Below, piece after piece: positions 25,177 through 34,400 of a stretch of DNA of 64,000 bases. Every line of letters begins with the position of its first letter. Position 1 is the first letter of the stretch. The notes below the pieces were generated by a model. The model had not been told where the DNA came from, made no database searches, and worked only from the letters and a program-made list of their open reading frames with translations. Position numbers and translations under genes: made by a program. Source of the stretch: a virus (Duplodnaviria; Heunggongvirae; Uroviricota; Caudoviricetes); the IMG/VR virus record IMGVR_UViG_3300031420_000399; one strand, 5' to 3'.

Positions 25177-25875
25177 ATGGCTCAGAAGCGCATCCACCTC
25201 TCTCCCCAGGGACCATCCGATTGTGGAGCGACTGTCGGCAACTGTCCATATGCTGAAGATGGCCATTTTCTCAGCCTTTCAGGAGCTGAGAATGCCTTCG
25301 AGGAGAAGATGGGCGGATCGCTACCAGCTCCAGCGAAGCGAAGCATCGGAGACCTATTCCGAAGGCGTCAGCCTGAAGTCACTCAACAGCCCAGGGAACT
25401 TCCACCTCTTCGACTCCATCTCGACTTCGACACGGTAGCGGTTCGGGACGGGGATCTTAGCAACCCGAGGGTTCGCCACTACCTTGTCAACGGTCTTTGC
25501 GGCGATCTCGCCATGGCAATCCAGGAGAAGCAGGGCGGTCGAGTGTTCTTTGCCGTGGATGAGCAGCTTCCACCTGGTGTTACCCTTGAGTCAGCTGCCG
25601 AGAGGGGCGAGCTCGGAGACCATGTGGCCCACGCCTTCGTAGAGAGCCGGGAACATCCAGGCATGTTCCTCGACGCCTATGGAGTCAAGAGTGCGGAGGA
25701 CATTGAGGGGTACTACGGCACGAGCGTCCGAGAGGTCTCTCCTGAGATCCTTTCCCACTATGGTAGTGGACCTCGAGGCACTCGTGGCACCCACGATCTC
25801 TCGAACTTTGCAGATGCGGCCATCGCTCTGGATCGAGAGGGTCGATTCTACGATTACGAGGGAGAGGGCTATTGA
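25177..25875 (+). CDS. hypothetical protein, tandem paralog A (232 aa)
   Basis: SD AAAGGAAG; shares HLSPQGPSDCGATVGNCPY and LCGDLAMAI blocks with the next gene. Confidence 0.6.
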   Translation: MAQKRIHLSPQGPSDCGATVGNCPYAEDGHFLSLSGAENAFEEKMGGSLPAPAKRSIGDLFRRRQPEVTQQPRELPPLRLHLDFDTVAVRDGDLSNPRVRHYLVNGLCGDLAMAIQEKQGGRVFFAVDEQLPPGVTLESAAERGELGDHVAHAFVESREHPGMFLDAYGVKSAEDIEGYYGTSVREVSPEILSHYGSGPRGTRGTHDLSNFADAAIALDREGRFYDYEGEGY

Positions 25876-26537
25876 TGGCTGCGGGACAGCTCCACCTTAG
25901 TCCCGCGGGTCCAGCACCCTGCGGTGTCACCACCGGTAACTGTCCCTACGAGGATGGCGGCCACTACGATGATGTTGCACAGGCAGAGGCCGCCTACGCG
26001 GAGAGTCAGGGAGGCAGTCTGCCTGTAGCGATCCAGCGGAAGATCACTCTGGGTAGCAATCTGGGGAGCTTCGAGGTTACGGATGGAGATCTCAGCGATC
26101 CCGCAGCCCGGGCCGCTCTCAGCACCGGACTTTGCGGTGATCTTGCGCTCGCAGTTCATAGGAAGACTCGTGGCGCTCCCTACTTTCTCTCCTACAGCTT
26201 CGACAGCCCAGAGGCTCTGGCAGAGGCCTTCGCCCGTGAGCCCAATGTGATCTTCACCTCGGCCCATGTGGTCCTCGAATCACCCACCCGGTCTGGCTCG
26301 TTCCTTGACGGTAACGGTCAGCAGGACCTAGAGTCCCTGGAGGAGGTCTACGAGGACGCTGTTCCCGTCAGAGGCACTCCAGAGATGCTTCAGTACTTTG
26401 CTGACTCCGGTTCAGCTGATCGGCTCGGCAACTTCGCGGACAGCGCGCTTGAGCTTGACCGCAGTGGTGATCGATACGACTCCGAGCTCGACGGACTTAG
26501 CTGGGACGACGAGGACGAAGATGAGGATTCCTTCTAG
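25872..26537 (+). CDS. hypothetical protein, tandem paralog B (221 aa)
   Basis: ATGA overlap with paralog A; blocks HLSPAGPAPCGVTTGNCPY and LCGDLALAV. Confidence 0.6.
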   Translation: MMAAGQLHLSPAGPAPCGVTTGNCPYEDGGHYDDVAQAEAAYAESQGGSLPVAIQRKITLGSNLGSFEVTDGDLSDPAARAALSTGLCGDLALAVHRKTRGAPYFLSYSFDSPEALAEAFAREPNVIFTSAHVVLESPTRSGSFLDGNGQQDLESLEEVYEDAVPVRGTPEMLQYFADSGSADRLGNFADSALELDRSGDRYDSELDGLSWDDEDEDEDSF

Positions 26538-26547
26538 CCATAGACCG

Positions 26548-26576
26548 TTGCGGATCGATGGGCTTTCATGTAGCAT
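26548..26576 (+). promoter_or_regulatory. promoter: TTGCGG-17-tgTAGCAT, leaderless ATG 26583
   Basis: 6 nt gap. Confidence 0.6.
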
Positions 26577-26582
26577 CGAAAC

Positions 26583-27860
26583 ATGAACGCAGCACTGACC
26601 ACAGATGAGCTCTGGACTAGCGATTTCCCCGGCCTCTCGGGCGCCGCCCTGGAGCTCGCCCGGAAGGTCCCTCGGAGCAAGGGTAAGGGCTTCTCGCAGC
26701 ACTGGGCGGAGCGCTTCTCTGAAGTGATCTCCGCTCGAGGCGTTGCCGTCGAGGCTCCCACGCCCGAATCTGCGCTCAAGATCTCTGCGATCCGGTCTCG
26801 GGGTTCCTGGTTCTTCGACGGGGCTCGTGTTGCCGCCGATGAGTTCAGCGACCACGGTTTCACCGCTGAGCCAGGCGTGATCTACGCTCAGCTTCACACT
26901 CGCCAGGGTGGAGGCAACCGGGACTGCTACTGCGACACGGACACCGACAGCGGCGAGCACGAGGAATTCTGCCTCGCTGTCAACAACGATGCGCTCCAGT
27001 CCCACCCGGACTACATCCTCGACTACGACGACAGCTTCGACAGCACCTACGCGAACTTCATCTTCAAGACCTCGCTCACCTCGGAGGACCTGAAGAGCTT
27101 CGGATTGCTCGCCGGACAGGCGAAGCTGGTTCACGATGAGCAGTTCATCCTCGAGGAGATCAACGGCCTGAAGCGCGCTCCCTGGAGCATCCTCATCGGC
27201 TCCGCCAACGCTGGCCTCCTTGAGAAGCTCCCCGCAACAAAGCGAGAGCTTGAGTCCGTTCGTCGGACGACCGACCCCGCAGCCCTGAGCTACGCAGAGC
27301 AGCTCCTCTCGACCGCGAGCACGCTCCTCTCGGGTGGCACCGCGGACGCTGAGAAGCTCTACGGGAAGGACGCTCGATTGATCCCCCAGAAGCTCGGCGT
27401 CTACAGCTGGAACTACGGTCTCCTGCGCATCCTCGATCTCTTCGTGAGCGTTTCGAAGCACAACGGGGAACTCACAGAGGTGCAGGCACGCTTCGATCAG
27501 GCCTCTGAGCTTCCCGAGGGTTCTGCCCTCTGGGACTATCTCCTGAAGGATCGGGGCACCGGCAGCTACACCACCACCGAGAAGGTCGGTCGCCGAAACA
27601 CTCAGGTTCGGAAGACCTTCGAACGCGGCAGCCTCCTTGGCTCTGAGCTCAGGAGCGCTCAGGATCGGGTGGACAGTCAGATCAAGGACCTCGCTCGCTA
27701 CATCGGCGAAGTTCAGACTCGTAGGGATGCGCTCGCCGAAGCTCAGGCCAAGGTCGATGCGCTCACGGTGGAGATCGTTGATCTCGAGGGTCAGCGCTGG
27801 TCTGCTGGATGGCCTGGCCGCACTCAGGCACCAGAGGCCCCGGCCGAAGCGGAGCTGTGA
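26583..27860 (+). CDS. hypothetical protein (425 aa), C-terminal coiled coil
   Basis: leaderless ATG 6 nt after tgTAGCAT (26571-26576), -35 TTGCGG. Confidence 0.6.
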   Translation: MNAALTTDELWTSDFPGLSGAALELARKVPRSKGKGFSQHWAERFSEVISARGVAVEAPTPESALKISAIRSRGSWFFDGARVAADEFSDHGFTAEPGVIYAQLHTRQGGGNRDCYCDTDTDSGEHEEFCLAVNNDALQSHPDYILDYDDSFDSTYANFIFKTSLTSEDLKSFGLLAGQAKLVHDEQFILEEINGLKRAPWSILIGSANAGLLEKLPATKRELESVRRTTDPAALSYAEQLLSTASTLLSGGTADAEKLYGKDARLIPQKLGVYSWNYGLLRILDLFVSVSKHNGELTEVQARFDQASELPEGSALWDYLLKDRGTGSYTTTEKVGRRNTQVRKTFERGSLLGSELRSAQDRVDSQIKDLARYIGEVQTRRDALAEAQAKVDALTVEIVDLEGQRWSAGWPGRTQAPEAPAEAEL

Positions 27861-27936
27861 GCAGATGATCCTTCTCTCTGAAATCCAGCCGACAGCGGCG
27901 CAGACTCTGTCGAGCTCAGTGACCCAGCGAGAGCCC

Positions 27937-28272
27937 ATGGCCGCTGAGCTCGACGAGTATGCCGATGCCTACTTCCTCTCGAATCACGCTAACCAGCTGC
28001 AGTCCATTCACAGGGAGCTCAAGAGCTTCTCCTGGATCATCAGCCCCCTCATAGCGACAGCAGGTGCGGTCGTGGGCAGTTTCTGTTCGGCAGTACTGCC
28101 GATCGGGGATGATCCAGCTCTGATCGGCGGAGGAGTCGTGCTCGGAGTAGTCGGCGCCTTGGGCTTCAATCTTGATCTGATTCGCCGAGGTAGGAGAGCT
28201 GCTGAGGCTCGAGCTCGCTACGAAGTCCTCGAGGCAGAGCTCTTTCCCGAAACCAAGGAGATCAGCGCATGA
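27937..28272 (+). CDS. small membrane protein (111 aa)
   Basis: in-frame ATG with SD GAGAG; two hydrophobic helices. Confidence 0.5.
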   Translation: MAAELDEYADAYFLSNHANQLQSIHRELKSFSWIISPLIATAGAVVGSFCSAVLPIGDDPALIGGGVVLGVVGALGFNLDLIRRGRRAAEARARYEVLEAELFPETKEISA

Positions 28273-28859
28273 CCGTACGCAGTCCCTATGGTAAGTCCAA
28301 GGTTCCAGTGAAGCTCGCCGATCTTGCCGGGTTCCGCAGCGAGATCACGGAGCGCCGAAGGACCCTGGTGCCCGTAAAGAGCCACCTCAACATGACGCCC
28401 AAGGCGCTCCAGAAGATCGAAGAAGGTTCCGATCTTCGAGCTCCCATGGTGGAGCGCTATCTCAGCCTCATCGGCCACAGTGGCTCGGTGGTGCTGAAGC
28501 GCGGTACTCAGAAGTTCGGCGGCGAGATTCCCATCGGCAAGCTCTCCGAGGCAGCCGTGCTCGCAGTGAAGTCAGATGCCATGCCCAATCGGGATGTGGC
28601 CAGAGAGCTCGGCAAGGGTCAGGACTACTTCTCCCTGAAGGAGACTCAGCCCTCCCTGGAGTTCGCCGTTGAGATTCTTCAGTTCCTTGGCTATGAGGTT
28701 CGCTTCCGGCTCTACAGCCACGGGATCACCGAGGAGATGGAGCAGAACCTTGCTGAGAAGCGAGGTAAGCTCGGCCTCAAGGCGGTAGGCGCCGAAGCTA
28801 CTCCAGTGAGCGCACAGCAGCTTCAGGCCCAGGAGGCCTTCGCCGCGCTCTTCGAGTGA
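28269..28859 (+). CDS. putative helix-turn-helix DNA-binding protein (196 aa)
   Basis: ATGA overlap; segment MTPKALQKIEEGSDLRAPMVERYLSL resembles an XRE-type HTH. Confidence 0.45.
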   Translation: MTVRSPYGKSKVPVKLADLAGFRSEITERRRTLVPVKSHLNMTPKALQKIEEGSDLRAPMVERYLSLIGHSGSVVLKRGTQKFGGEIPIGKLSEAAVLAVKSDAMPNRDVARELGKGQDYFSLKETQPSLEFAVEILQFLGYEVRFRLYSHGITEEMEQNLAEKRGKLGLKAVGAEATPVSAQQLQAQEAFAALFE

Positions 28860-28939
28860 GCCATAGAGCGGACTTGCAGTGCGCTCGTAGACGATAGGTT
28901 CTCAGAGGACCGACTGAAAGCTTCAATCGAGGAGAGACC

Positions 28940-29614
28940 ATGGATCTTCAGCACTTCTACGCAGATGCGAACAGCGCCCCCTTTGCTGGCTTCGACTCTG
29001 AGTCTTATCCAGTACGCCTTCAGCAGCGACGAGTTGGTAGCCTGGATCTTCGATCCGGTGAGGTCGGTGCGGCCGATCCTCTTACCACCGACGAGCACTT
29101 CCTTCGCTTCGCAGTTCCAGAGCACGAGGGGCCTGCATGGGTCTTTGCCACACAGGTAGATGTCTCGGTTCTTCAGGATGAGAGCCACAAGCGCATTGCC
29201 TACCTGTCTGTGGTCTTCTCCCGGGATGAGCCCACCGACATTCTGCCTGCAATTCCCGTCGGCCACGATCGATCCGAACTCTCCGAGGGCCACGCCTTTG
29301 GCATCGGTGTGGATGCTGGTACGGTGGGCTTCTTCGACTCAGATGAGATGTTGAGCTACCTCAGTGCCATCGATGAGGACAGGCAGGAGGAGTTCCGAGA
29401 GGACTGGATCGACGAGCTCTACGGTGAGAGCGAAACTGCCTCTGAGTTCGGCCGGGTAACCTTCCCCCTTGGAGATGGCCCTCGAGATGGGGAGGGTGTG
29501 CTCTTGCTATCCAACTCAGGCTGGGGTGACGGATTCTATCCGGTCTACCAGACAGTGGGCGCCCGGGGTCGAATCCTCGGCTACCACATCGACCTTCAGG
29601 TGGTCGGAGAGTGA
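28940..29614 (+). CDS. DUF4241-like protein (224 aa)
   Basis: SD GGAGAG; C-terminal SNSGWGDGFYPVY motif. Confidence 0.5.
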   Translation: MDLQHFYADANSAPFAGFDSESYPVRLQQRRVGSLDLRSGEVGAADPLTTDEHFLRFAVPEHEGPAWVFATQVDVSVLQDESHKRIAYLSVVFSRDEPTDILPAIPVGHDRSELSEGHAFGIGVDAGTVGFFDSDEMLSYLSAIDEDRQEEFREDWIDELYGESETASEFGRVTFPLGDGPRDGEGVLLLSNSGWGDGFYPVYQTVGARGRILGYHIDLQVVGE

Positions 29615-29736
29615 CTCAGGTCGCTTAGCTGCAAGCTGTTTTCCACGGCGTCTTTTCTTCAGCTACCGCACGAGCCGCATCGTGTATCAGAAACTGCCAT
29701 CCTGAGAAAAGTGCCGGCTCAACCATGGGATCGACA

Positions 29737-29775
29737 GGCTAGAGCATCGCTACTCCTTGTGCTCTAGCCTGCGCG
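29737..29775 (+). repeat. hairpin-family element e2: GGCTAGAGCA-loop-TGCTCTAGCC-TGCGCG
   Basis: perfect 10-bp stem; the 3' flank CTCTAGCCTGCGCG(T/C)TCAG matches e1. Confidence 0.45.
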
Positions 29776-29857
29776 TTCAGGTTGCGAAATCAGCCCGTCT
29801 CTCCGGTCCAAAAATCGATCGGGCCGATCCTTTGAATCTGCATTCTGGGCTCATAGT

Positions 29858-29885
29858 TGTGAAAGCCTAGCTGTCCATGTAGGAT
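29858..29885 (+). promoter_or_regulatory. promoter: TTGTGA-16-tgTAGGAT, leaderless ATG 29892
   Basis: 6 nt gap. Confidence 0.55.
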
Positions 29886-29891
29886 CGTCTC

Positions 29892-31397
29892 ATGGCATCA
29901 CGACAGAGTTCTCGCTACGACCTACCCCACGGCTCCAAGCCCAACCGAGGGCGCATCCTGCTCTCCATCGGAGCTTCCCTCCTGCTCTCCATCGTCCTCA
30001 CGGTGGGCTTCAACGCCTTCAGTGCGAGCTTTGCCGGAGCCTCCGGCCTGAGTGGGCAGCCAGTTGCCGCATCTGCTGAGCCCAACGGACTCGTGGATGT
30101 GGTCTTCGACGGCGCAGAGGTGATCAGCTCCGAGGATCGACTCGCCATCAACGCGGCTGCTCGAACGATCTTCGAGGACTATGGTGTGGCCATCTCCGTG
30201 GGCACCACCAACAGCACCGGTGGCAAGTCCATCGAGGATTGGGCCAAGGAGCAGGCGGAAGCCCACGGCGGCGGATCGGCTGAGCTCAACAACGGACTCT
30301 TCTATGGCATCGACATGGGATCCCGGCAGTACTCGGTGGTCAAGGGCACGGGCTACGCCAGCATTCCGGACAGTGAGCTCGACTCCATCCTGGCAAGCTC
30401 CTTCGTGCCGCAGCTGAAAGAGGGCCACTACGCAGATGCTGTCATCGAGTCCGCCAAGGCCTTCGGTGAGCGCGCCAAGAACGGTCCCGCTCAGCCTCAG
30501 GAATCCTCTACCGGCTTCAGCGATGAGCAGCTCCAGGGCATCGGCGCCTTCTTCAAGTACGCTGGTATCGCCGTGGGTGGAGGGATCGTCCTCTTCGGCG
30601 GCGCTTTCCTCATCCGTCGTCAGCTCCGCATCCGCTACGAGCAGGAGCAGGAAGCCCTACGAGCTGAGGCTGCTCGCGTCAAGAGAGAGAAGGAGAACCG
30701 GCGCATCGATGCTGTACTCTCCCTGAAGGAAGGTCAGTGGAAGGAGTTCGCCAAGCTCCCCAACGAGGAAGCGCGTATCACCTGGCTCAAGGAGAAAAGT
30801 GTCTACAGCAAGGCCTTCCTTGGGGAGTACGACTGGGAAGACGAGTCACTCCTCGAGGCCAACATCATCGACTACCACTTCAGTGAGCTCCAGGACTGGC
30901 ACCACCCATCTTCCGCCGCCTTCGACAGCTCGAGCTCTGTGAATCAGCAGCTCAAGGAGACAGCGGAACGCCGGAAGCGCGAGGAAAAGGCCCGGGTCGC
31001 CGCAGAGAAGAAGCGCGCAGAGGAGGAGCTCGTTCGCAGGGGCGCCAAGAGCTTCTGGAAGGGGCTTTCTAAGTCCGAGCGGGCTGAGTACTCGAAGCTG
31101 AAGTCTGACCGGGAGCGCAGGGATTGGACCACTCGCAGGACCCTCCAGGATGCCTCTGACTACAGCCGCCGGCAGGATGGATCCAACTTCTTCGGGCTCA
31201 ACCCTGTCTTGGCCATCGCCGCCCTCACGGGGCTTGCCCAGAGCGACGAGCGCTCGAGCCGGAGTTCTTCCTCGAGCTCATCCTATGGCTCATCTTCCTC
31301 GTCGTCCACGAACTACAGTGGCTCATCGAGCTACGACTCTTCGAGCATGTTCGGAGGCGGAAGCTTCGATGGAGGCAGCTCCAGCGGGAGCTTCTGA
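29892..31397 (+). CDS. TPM-domain membrane protein with coiled coil and Gly/Ser-rich tail (501 aa)
   Basis: leaderless ATG 6 nt after tgTAGGAT (29880-29885); TM helix, TPM-like region, second TM helix, coiled coil, SSSSSSSYGSSSSS...GGGSFDGGSSSGSF tail. Confidence 0.65.
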   Translation: MASRQSSRYDLPHGSKPNRGRILLSIGASLLLSIVLTVGFNAFSASFAGASGLSGQPVAASAEPNGLVDVVFDGAEVISSEDRLAINAAARTIFEDYGVAISVGTTNSTGGKSIEDWAKEQAEAHGGGSAELNNGLFYGIDMGSRQYSVVKGTGYASIPDSELDSILASSFVPQLKEGHYADAVIESAKAFGERAKNGPAQPQESSTGFSDEQLQGIGAFFKYAGIAVGGGIVLFGGAFLIRRQLRIRYEQEQEALRAEAARVKREKENRRIDAVLSLKEGQWKEFAKLPNEEARITWLKEKSVYSKAFLGEYDWEDESLLEANIIDYHFSELQDWHHPSSAAFDSSSSVNQQLKETAERRKREEKARVAAEKKRAEEELVRRGAKSFWKGLSKSERAEYSKLKSDRERRDWTTRRTLQDASDYSRRQDGSNFFGLNPVLAIAALTGLAQSDERSSRSSSSSSSYGSSSSSSTNYSGSSSYDSSSMFGGGSFDGGSSSGSF

Positions 31398-31437
31398 GCA
31401 CTAGACTTGCAGCCTGGAAGAGAGGATCCCGGAGAAG

Positions 31438-31466
31438 TTGACAGGGTGCTCTCCTCCATGTAAGGT
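31438..31466 (+). promoter_or_regulatory. promoter: TTGACA-17-tgTAAGGT (ATG 31511)
   Basis: perfect -35. Confidence 0.6.
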
Positions 31467-31510
31467 TTCTACTACATCGTTCACCACACCCTAGAAAGGG
31501 AATTCCCACC

Positions 31511-32563
31511 ATGGGTTCTGTCATCGGAGTGATTTTCCTCCTCGTCCTCGTCTTCGGAGGTCTTGTGACCTTCGCCACCCTCTCCAAGAAGCGTCGGGCC
31601 ACCGACAAGGAGATCGCTGAGGGTCGCAAGCTCGTCGACAGCGGCCGCCGGGGCTACGACGCCGAGCCGAAGCTCACGGATGGTGCCATCAAGCGCCTTC
31701 AGATGAGCTCCTCGATCTACAACGGTAGCCGCTGGGCCGCCCTCGGCGTTGCGGTCCTCGCGCTGATCATCGCTGTCACCATGTCCACGACCACCGTCTC
31801 GGCCAAGAATGTCGGCGTGGCCGTCAACTTCGGCAAGGTCTCGCAGCAGACCCTGAGCCCGGGCCTCCACTTCAAGGCTCCCTGGACCAAGGTCATCGAG
31901 ATCGACGGCACCATCCAGACCGACCAGTACGCTGGCGACAGCTGCATCAAGGTCACCATCGGCGACGGTAGCCAGGCCTGTGCGAAGATCACCAACCGCT
32001 GGCAGATCAACCCGGAGAACGCCGCCTCGATCTACGAGCAGCACCGTTCGGATGACCCGACTCAGTCCTTCCGGGCCGCCACCATCAGCACGCAGCTCGA
32101 GCAGGCCATCAGCGAGACCCTGGGTAAGTACAACCCGATCTCGAACCTGAAGGTCGTCGGCGGTTCCGATGACGCCACCCAGGTCTCCTTCGTTCCCGAC
32201 TACGACAAGCTGTCGAAGGAGATCGAGGACAACATGAAGGCCCGCCTCGATAAGGCTGACCAGGCTGAGATCGTGGGCATCACCTTCTCCCACCTGGACC
32301 TCTCGGACAACACCCAGAAGAAGATCAACGACTACATCGCCGCTGTCGGTGAGACCCGGATCGCCCTCCAGCAGAAGGAGACCGCTGCTGCTCAGGCTGC
32401 TGCCAACAAGGAGCTCTCCGCCTCGGTGAGCAACGACCCCAATGTGCTCGTCTCGCGCTGCCTCGACATCCTCAAGGACTCGTCGCAGAATGGCTACAAG
32501 CTCCCCGCGGGCTTCAGCTGCTGGCCTGGCGACAACGGCACCATCGTGGTCCCCAAGGGCTAA
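31511..32563 (+). CDS. SPFH/band-7 family protein (350 aa)
   Basis: N-terminal TM helix plus SPFH-like core; TTGACA/tgTAAGGT promoter 31438-31466; SD GAAAGGGAA; terminator 32586-32623. Confidence 0.7.
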   Translation: MGSVIGVIFLLVLVFGGLVTFATLSKKRRATDKEIAEGRKLVDSGRRGYDAEPKLTDGAIKRLQMSSSIYNGSRWAALGVAVLALIIAVTMSTTTVSAKNVGVAVNFGKVSQQTLSPGLHFKAPWTKVIEIDGTIQTDQYAGDSCIKVTIGDGSQACAKITNRWQINPENAASIYEQHRSDDPTQSFRAATISTQLEQAISETLGKYNPISNLKVVGGSDDATQVSFVPDYDKLSKEIEDNMKARLDKADQAEIVGITFSHLDLSDNTQKKINDYIAAVGETRIALQQKETAAAQAAANKELSASVSNDPNVLVSRCLDILKDSSQNGYKLPAGFSCWPGDNGTIVVPKG

Positions 32564-32585
32564 GCCTCACGGCTAATCCCTCCAA

Positions 32586-32623
32586 GGGCTCCCCAACCTT
32601 CGGGTTGGGGAGCCCTTCCCATT
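32586..32623 (+). terminator. intrinsic terminator: 13-bp perfect stem GGGCTCCCCAACC/GGTTGGGGAGCCC, tetraloop ttcg, tail ttcccatt
   Basis: after SPFH gene. Confidence 0.7.
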
Positions 32624-32671
32624 GGCTAGGCTGCACCAGTAGAAGTCGTTGCCGAAATGTGCTCTCAGGAG

Positions 32672-32701
32672 TTGCCAGATGCCCACCTAAGGGCATAGAA
32701 T
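32672..32701 (+). promoter_or_regulatory. promoter: TTGCCA-18-TAGAAT, leaderless ATG 32709
   Basis: 7 nt gap. Confidence 0.55.
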
Positions 32702-32708
32702 AGCTCCC

Positions 32709-33002
32709 ATGAACAACTCACAGTCGAGCCGCAGAGCTCACCTCACCGCGGCAGCAAAGGCGCTCAGCGGCAACTTCGGAGCCCGAATCCACACCCAGGG
32801 CTACATCCTTCGGGGTCTCAAGCAGTTCAGCTACAACGGGACGACCCTCGACCTTGTGGTTCAGGCCACCAGGGCCGGAGCTCAGGTTGGAGACATCCTG
32901 GTCACTCCTGGAATCGGCGGCCACACCAACCGCTGGGAGCTTGTCTCCAAGGGCGGCGGAGAGCGCACCATCGGAGGTACCTGGGCACAGCGGAAGCACT
33001 GA
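32709..33002 (+). CDS. hypothetical protein (97 aa)
   Basis: leaderless ATG 7 nt after TAGAAT (32696-32701), -35 TTGCCA. Confidence 0.55.
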   Translation: MNNSQSSRRAHLTAAAKALSGNFGARIHTQGYILRGLKQFSYNGTTLDLVVQATRAGAQVGDILVTPGIGGHTNRWELVSKGGGERTIGGTWAQRKH

Positions 33003-33041
33003 CCACCTCACCTATCCGAAGAGGAGCCTCGCAGCCAAGGG

Positions 33042-33070
33042 TTGCGGGGCTCCTTTCCTGTGTGTACGAT
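33042..33070 (+). promoter_or_regulatory. promoter: TTGCGG-17-tgTACGAT, leaderless ATG 33077
   Basis: 6 nt gap. Confidence 0.55.
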
Positions 33071-33076
33071 GATCCC

Positions 33077-33379
33077 ATGGACACCGCAGCTAAGGCCACC
33101 GCACCCACGAAATCCCCCGCCGATCTTCCGACCACCCACAAGAAAGCTGAGTACGCCCACTTCGACGCAATCGATGCTGTCAACACGGCCATCGACGGCG
33201 CCCTGGCTGAGGCTGAGCACCGGATCCTCCTGGGCACCCTGGATGCAGCTGACATCATCGGCTTCCTTCGCGTGGAGCTCGGCCGAGAGGATGCCCGGGG
33301 GCCCCACTACACCGCTCCGGGCCTGGCTGACTTCCAGGAGCCCATGGATCGGCTCCTGAGCTTCGTGGAGGTGAACTGA
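33077..33379 (+). CDS. hypothetical protein (100 aa)
   Basis: leaderless ATG 6 nt after tgTACGAT (33065-33070); the track's GTG start 33062 lies in the -10. Confidence 0.5.
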   Translation: MDTAAKATAPTKSPADLPTTHKKAEYAHFDAIDAVNTAIDGALAEAEHRILLGTLDAADIIGFLRVELGREDARGPHYTAPGLADFQEPMDRLLSFVEVN

Positions 33380-33381
33380 CC

Positions 33382-34284
33382 ATGGTGGAGCGCATCGCAA
33401 CTGCCAAGAGCATCACCGACGAGGCAGATCGGCTCCTCTCGCAGATTCCAGCTGAACTCCAGGCAGAATTCAAGCTCGAGGAGAAGCGCGGGGAGATCAT
33501 CGAAGGCCTCAAAGCCCAGCTCACGGATCCCCTCAAGGCCGTTGAGCACTACATCAACCGCATCGCTCGAGCAGGTAAGAACCCCACAGCCAAGGGTTCC
33601 CTGGAATGGAATGAGAACACCGCTCTTCGGCGACTCACCTTCCAGTACACCTACATGCTCATGGGGCTGCGGATCATCGCAGAGGGCAAGCACTCTTGCT
33701 CAAAGCACGGGCCGGTCTATGCTGGCAACTCCAAGGGCAAGGGTAGCGAGCTCTTCACCCCTGAGGTCTTTGCTGCCAATGCTCTTGAGTCTGCGGACAC
33801 CATGAACATGGAGCGCATGCTTCCCGACGGCACGAGCAGCGAGGCAGATCTCAGCGATCTCGCCACGCTCGACGCCGAACTCCAGCGAATCGTCATGGGC
33901 ACTCAGGCCATGGCCGATGTAGAACTTGACAGCGAAGAGGCCCGGCAGGTACTCCCCCTCATCAAGAGCCTTCTCAAGGAAAAGGTACTCAAGAGCTCCG
34001 ATCCCGCTGAGTACATCGAAGCTCGTATCGACAGCCGCTACAAGATCGACATGCGTAAGCGAACCATCAACATCCCCAAGGGCTCGAAGGATGATGCTGC
34101 CTTCTACCTGGCTCACCGGGTTCGCACAGCTCGAGCTCACCTGGAGACCCTGGCCCAGGGTACGCTGCCCTGCATCCACGAGGAGCGCTATGCTGGCGGT
34201 AGCAAGCTCTTCACCACTCAAGAGTTTGCGGAGTCCGCGCTCAATTCCATTGAGTCCCGGATGCTCCGGGAGTTCAAGATCTGA
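33382..34284 (+). CDS. internal-repeat protein (300 aa), paralog of 34401
   Basis: SD GGAGGTGA; repeated module CSKHGPVYAGNSKGKGSELFTPEVFAANAL / ERYAGGSKLFTTQEFAESAL. Confidence 0.6.
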   Translation: MVERIATAKSITDEADRLLSQIPAELQAEFKLEEKRGEIIEGLKAQLTDPLKAVEHYINRIARAGKNPTAKGSLEWNENTALRRLTFQYTYMLMGLRIIAEGKHSCSKHGPVYAGNSKGKGSELFTPEVFAANALESADTMNMERMLPDGTSSEADLSDLATLDAELQRIVMGTQAMADVELDSEEARQVLPLIKSLLKEKVLKSSDPAEYIEARIDSRYKIDMRKRTINIPKGSKDDAAFYLAHRVRTARAHLETLAQGTLPCIHEERYAGGSKLFTTQEFAESALNSIESRMLREFKI

Positions 34285-34301
34285 GATCAGCTCCACGGTC
34301 C

Positions 34302-34339
34302 TTCTGGCCCAGTAGCCAACCATCGCTACTGGGCCAGAA
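34302..34339 (+). terminator. 15-bp perfect hairpin TTCTGGCCCAGTAGC/GCTACTGGGCCAGAA (no U-tract)
   Basis: after gene 33382-34284. Confidence 0.5.
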
Positions 34340-34364
34340 ATCTGCCTGCGGTGGATTGCAGCTG

Positions 34365-34393
34365 TTGTGGACCATGGATCCATGGTGTAACAT
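34365..34393 (+). promoter_or_regulatory. promoter: TTGTGG-17-tgTAACAT, leaderless ATG 34401
   Basis: 7 nt gap. Confidence 0.5.
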
Positions 34394-34400
34394 CGGCGCT

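Noticed and set aside
26412-27938. 508-aa minus-strand ORF antisense to gene 26583-27860
   Set aside because: Same high-GC antisense artifact. It has no promoter or ribosome-binding site, and the plus-strand gene is leaderless from a consensus promoter.
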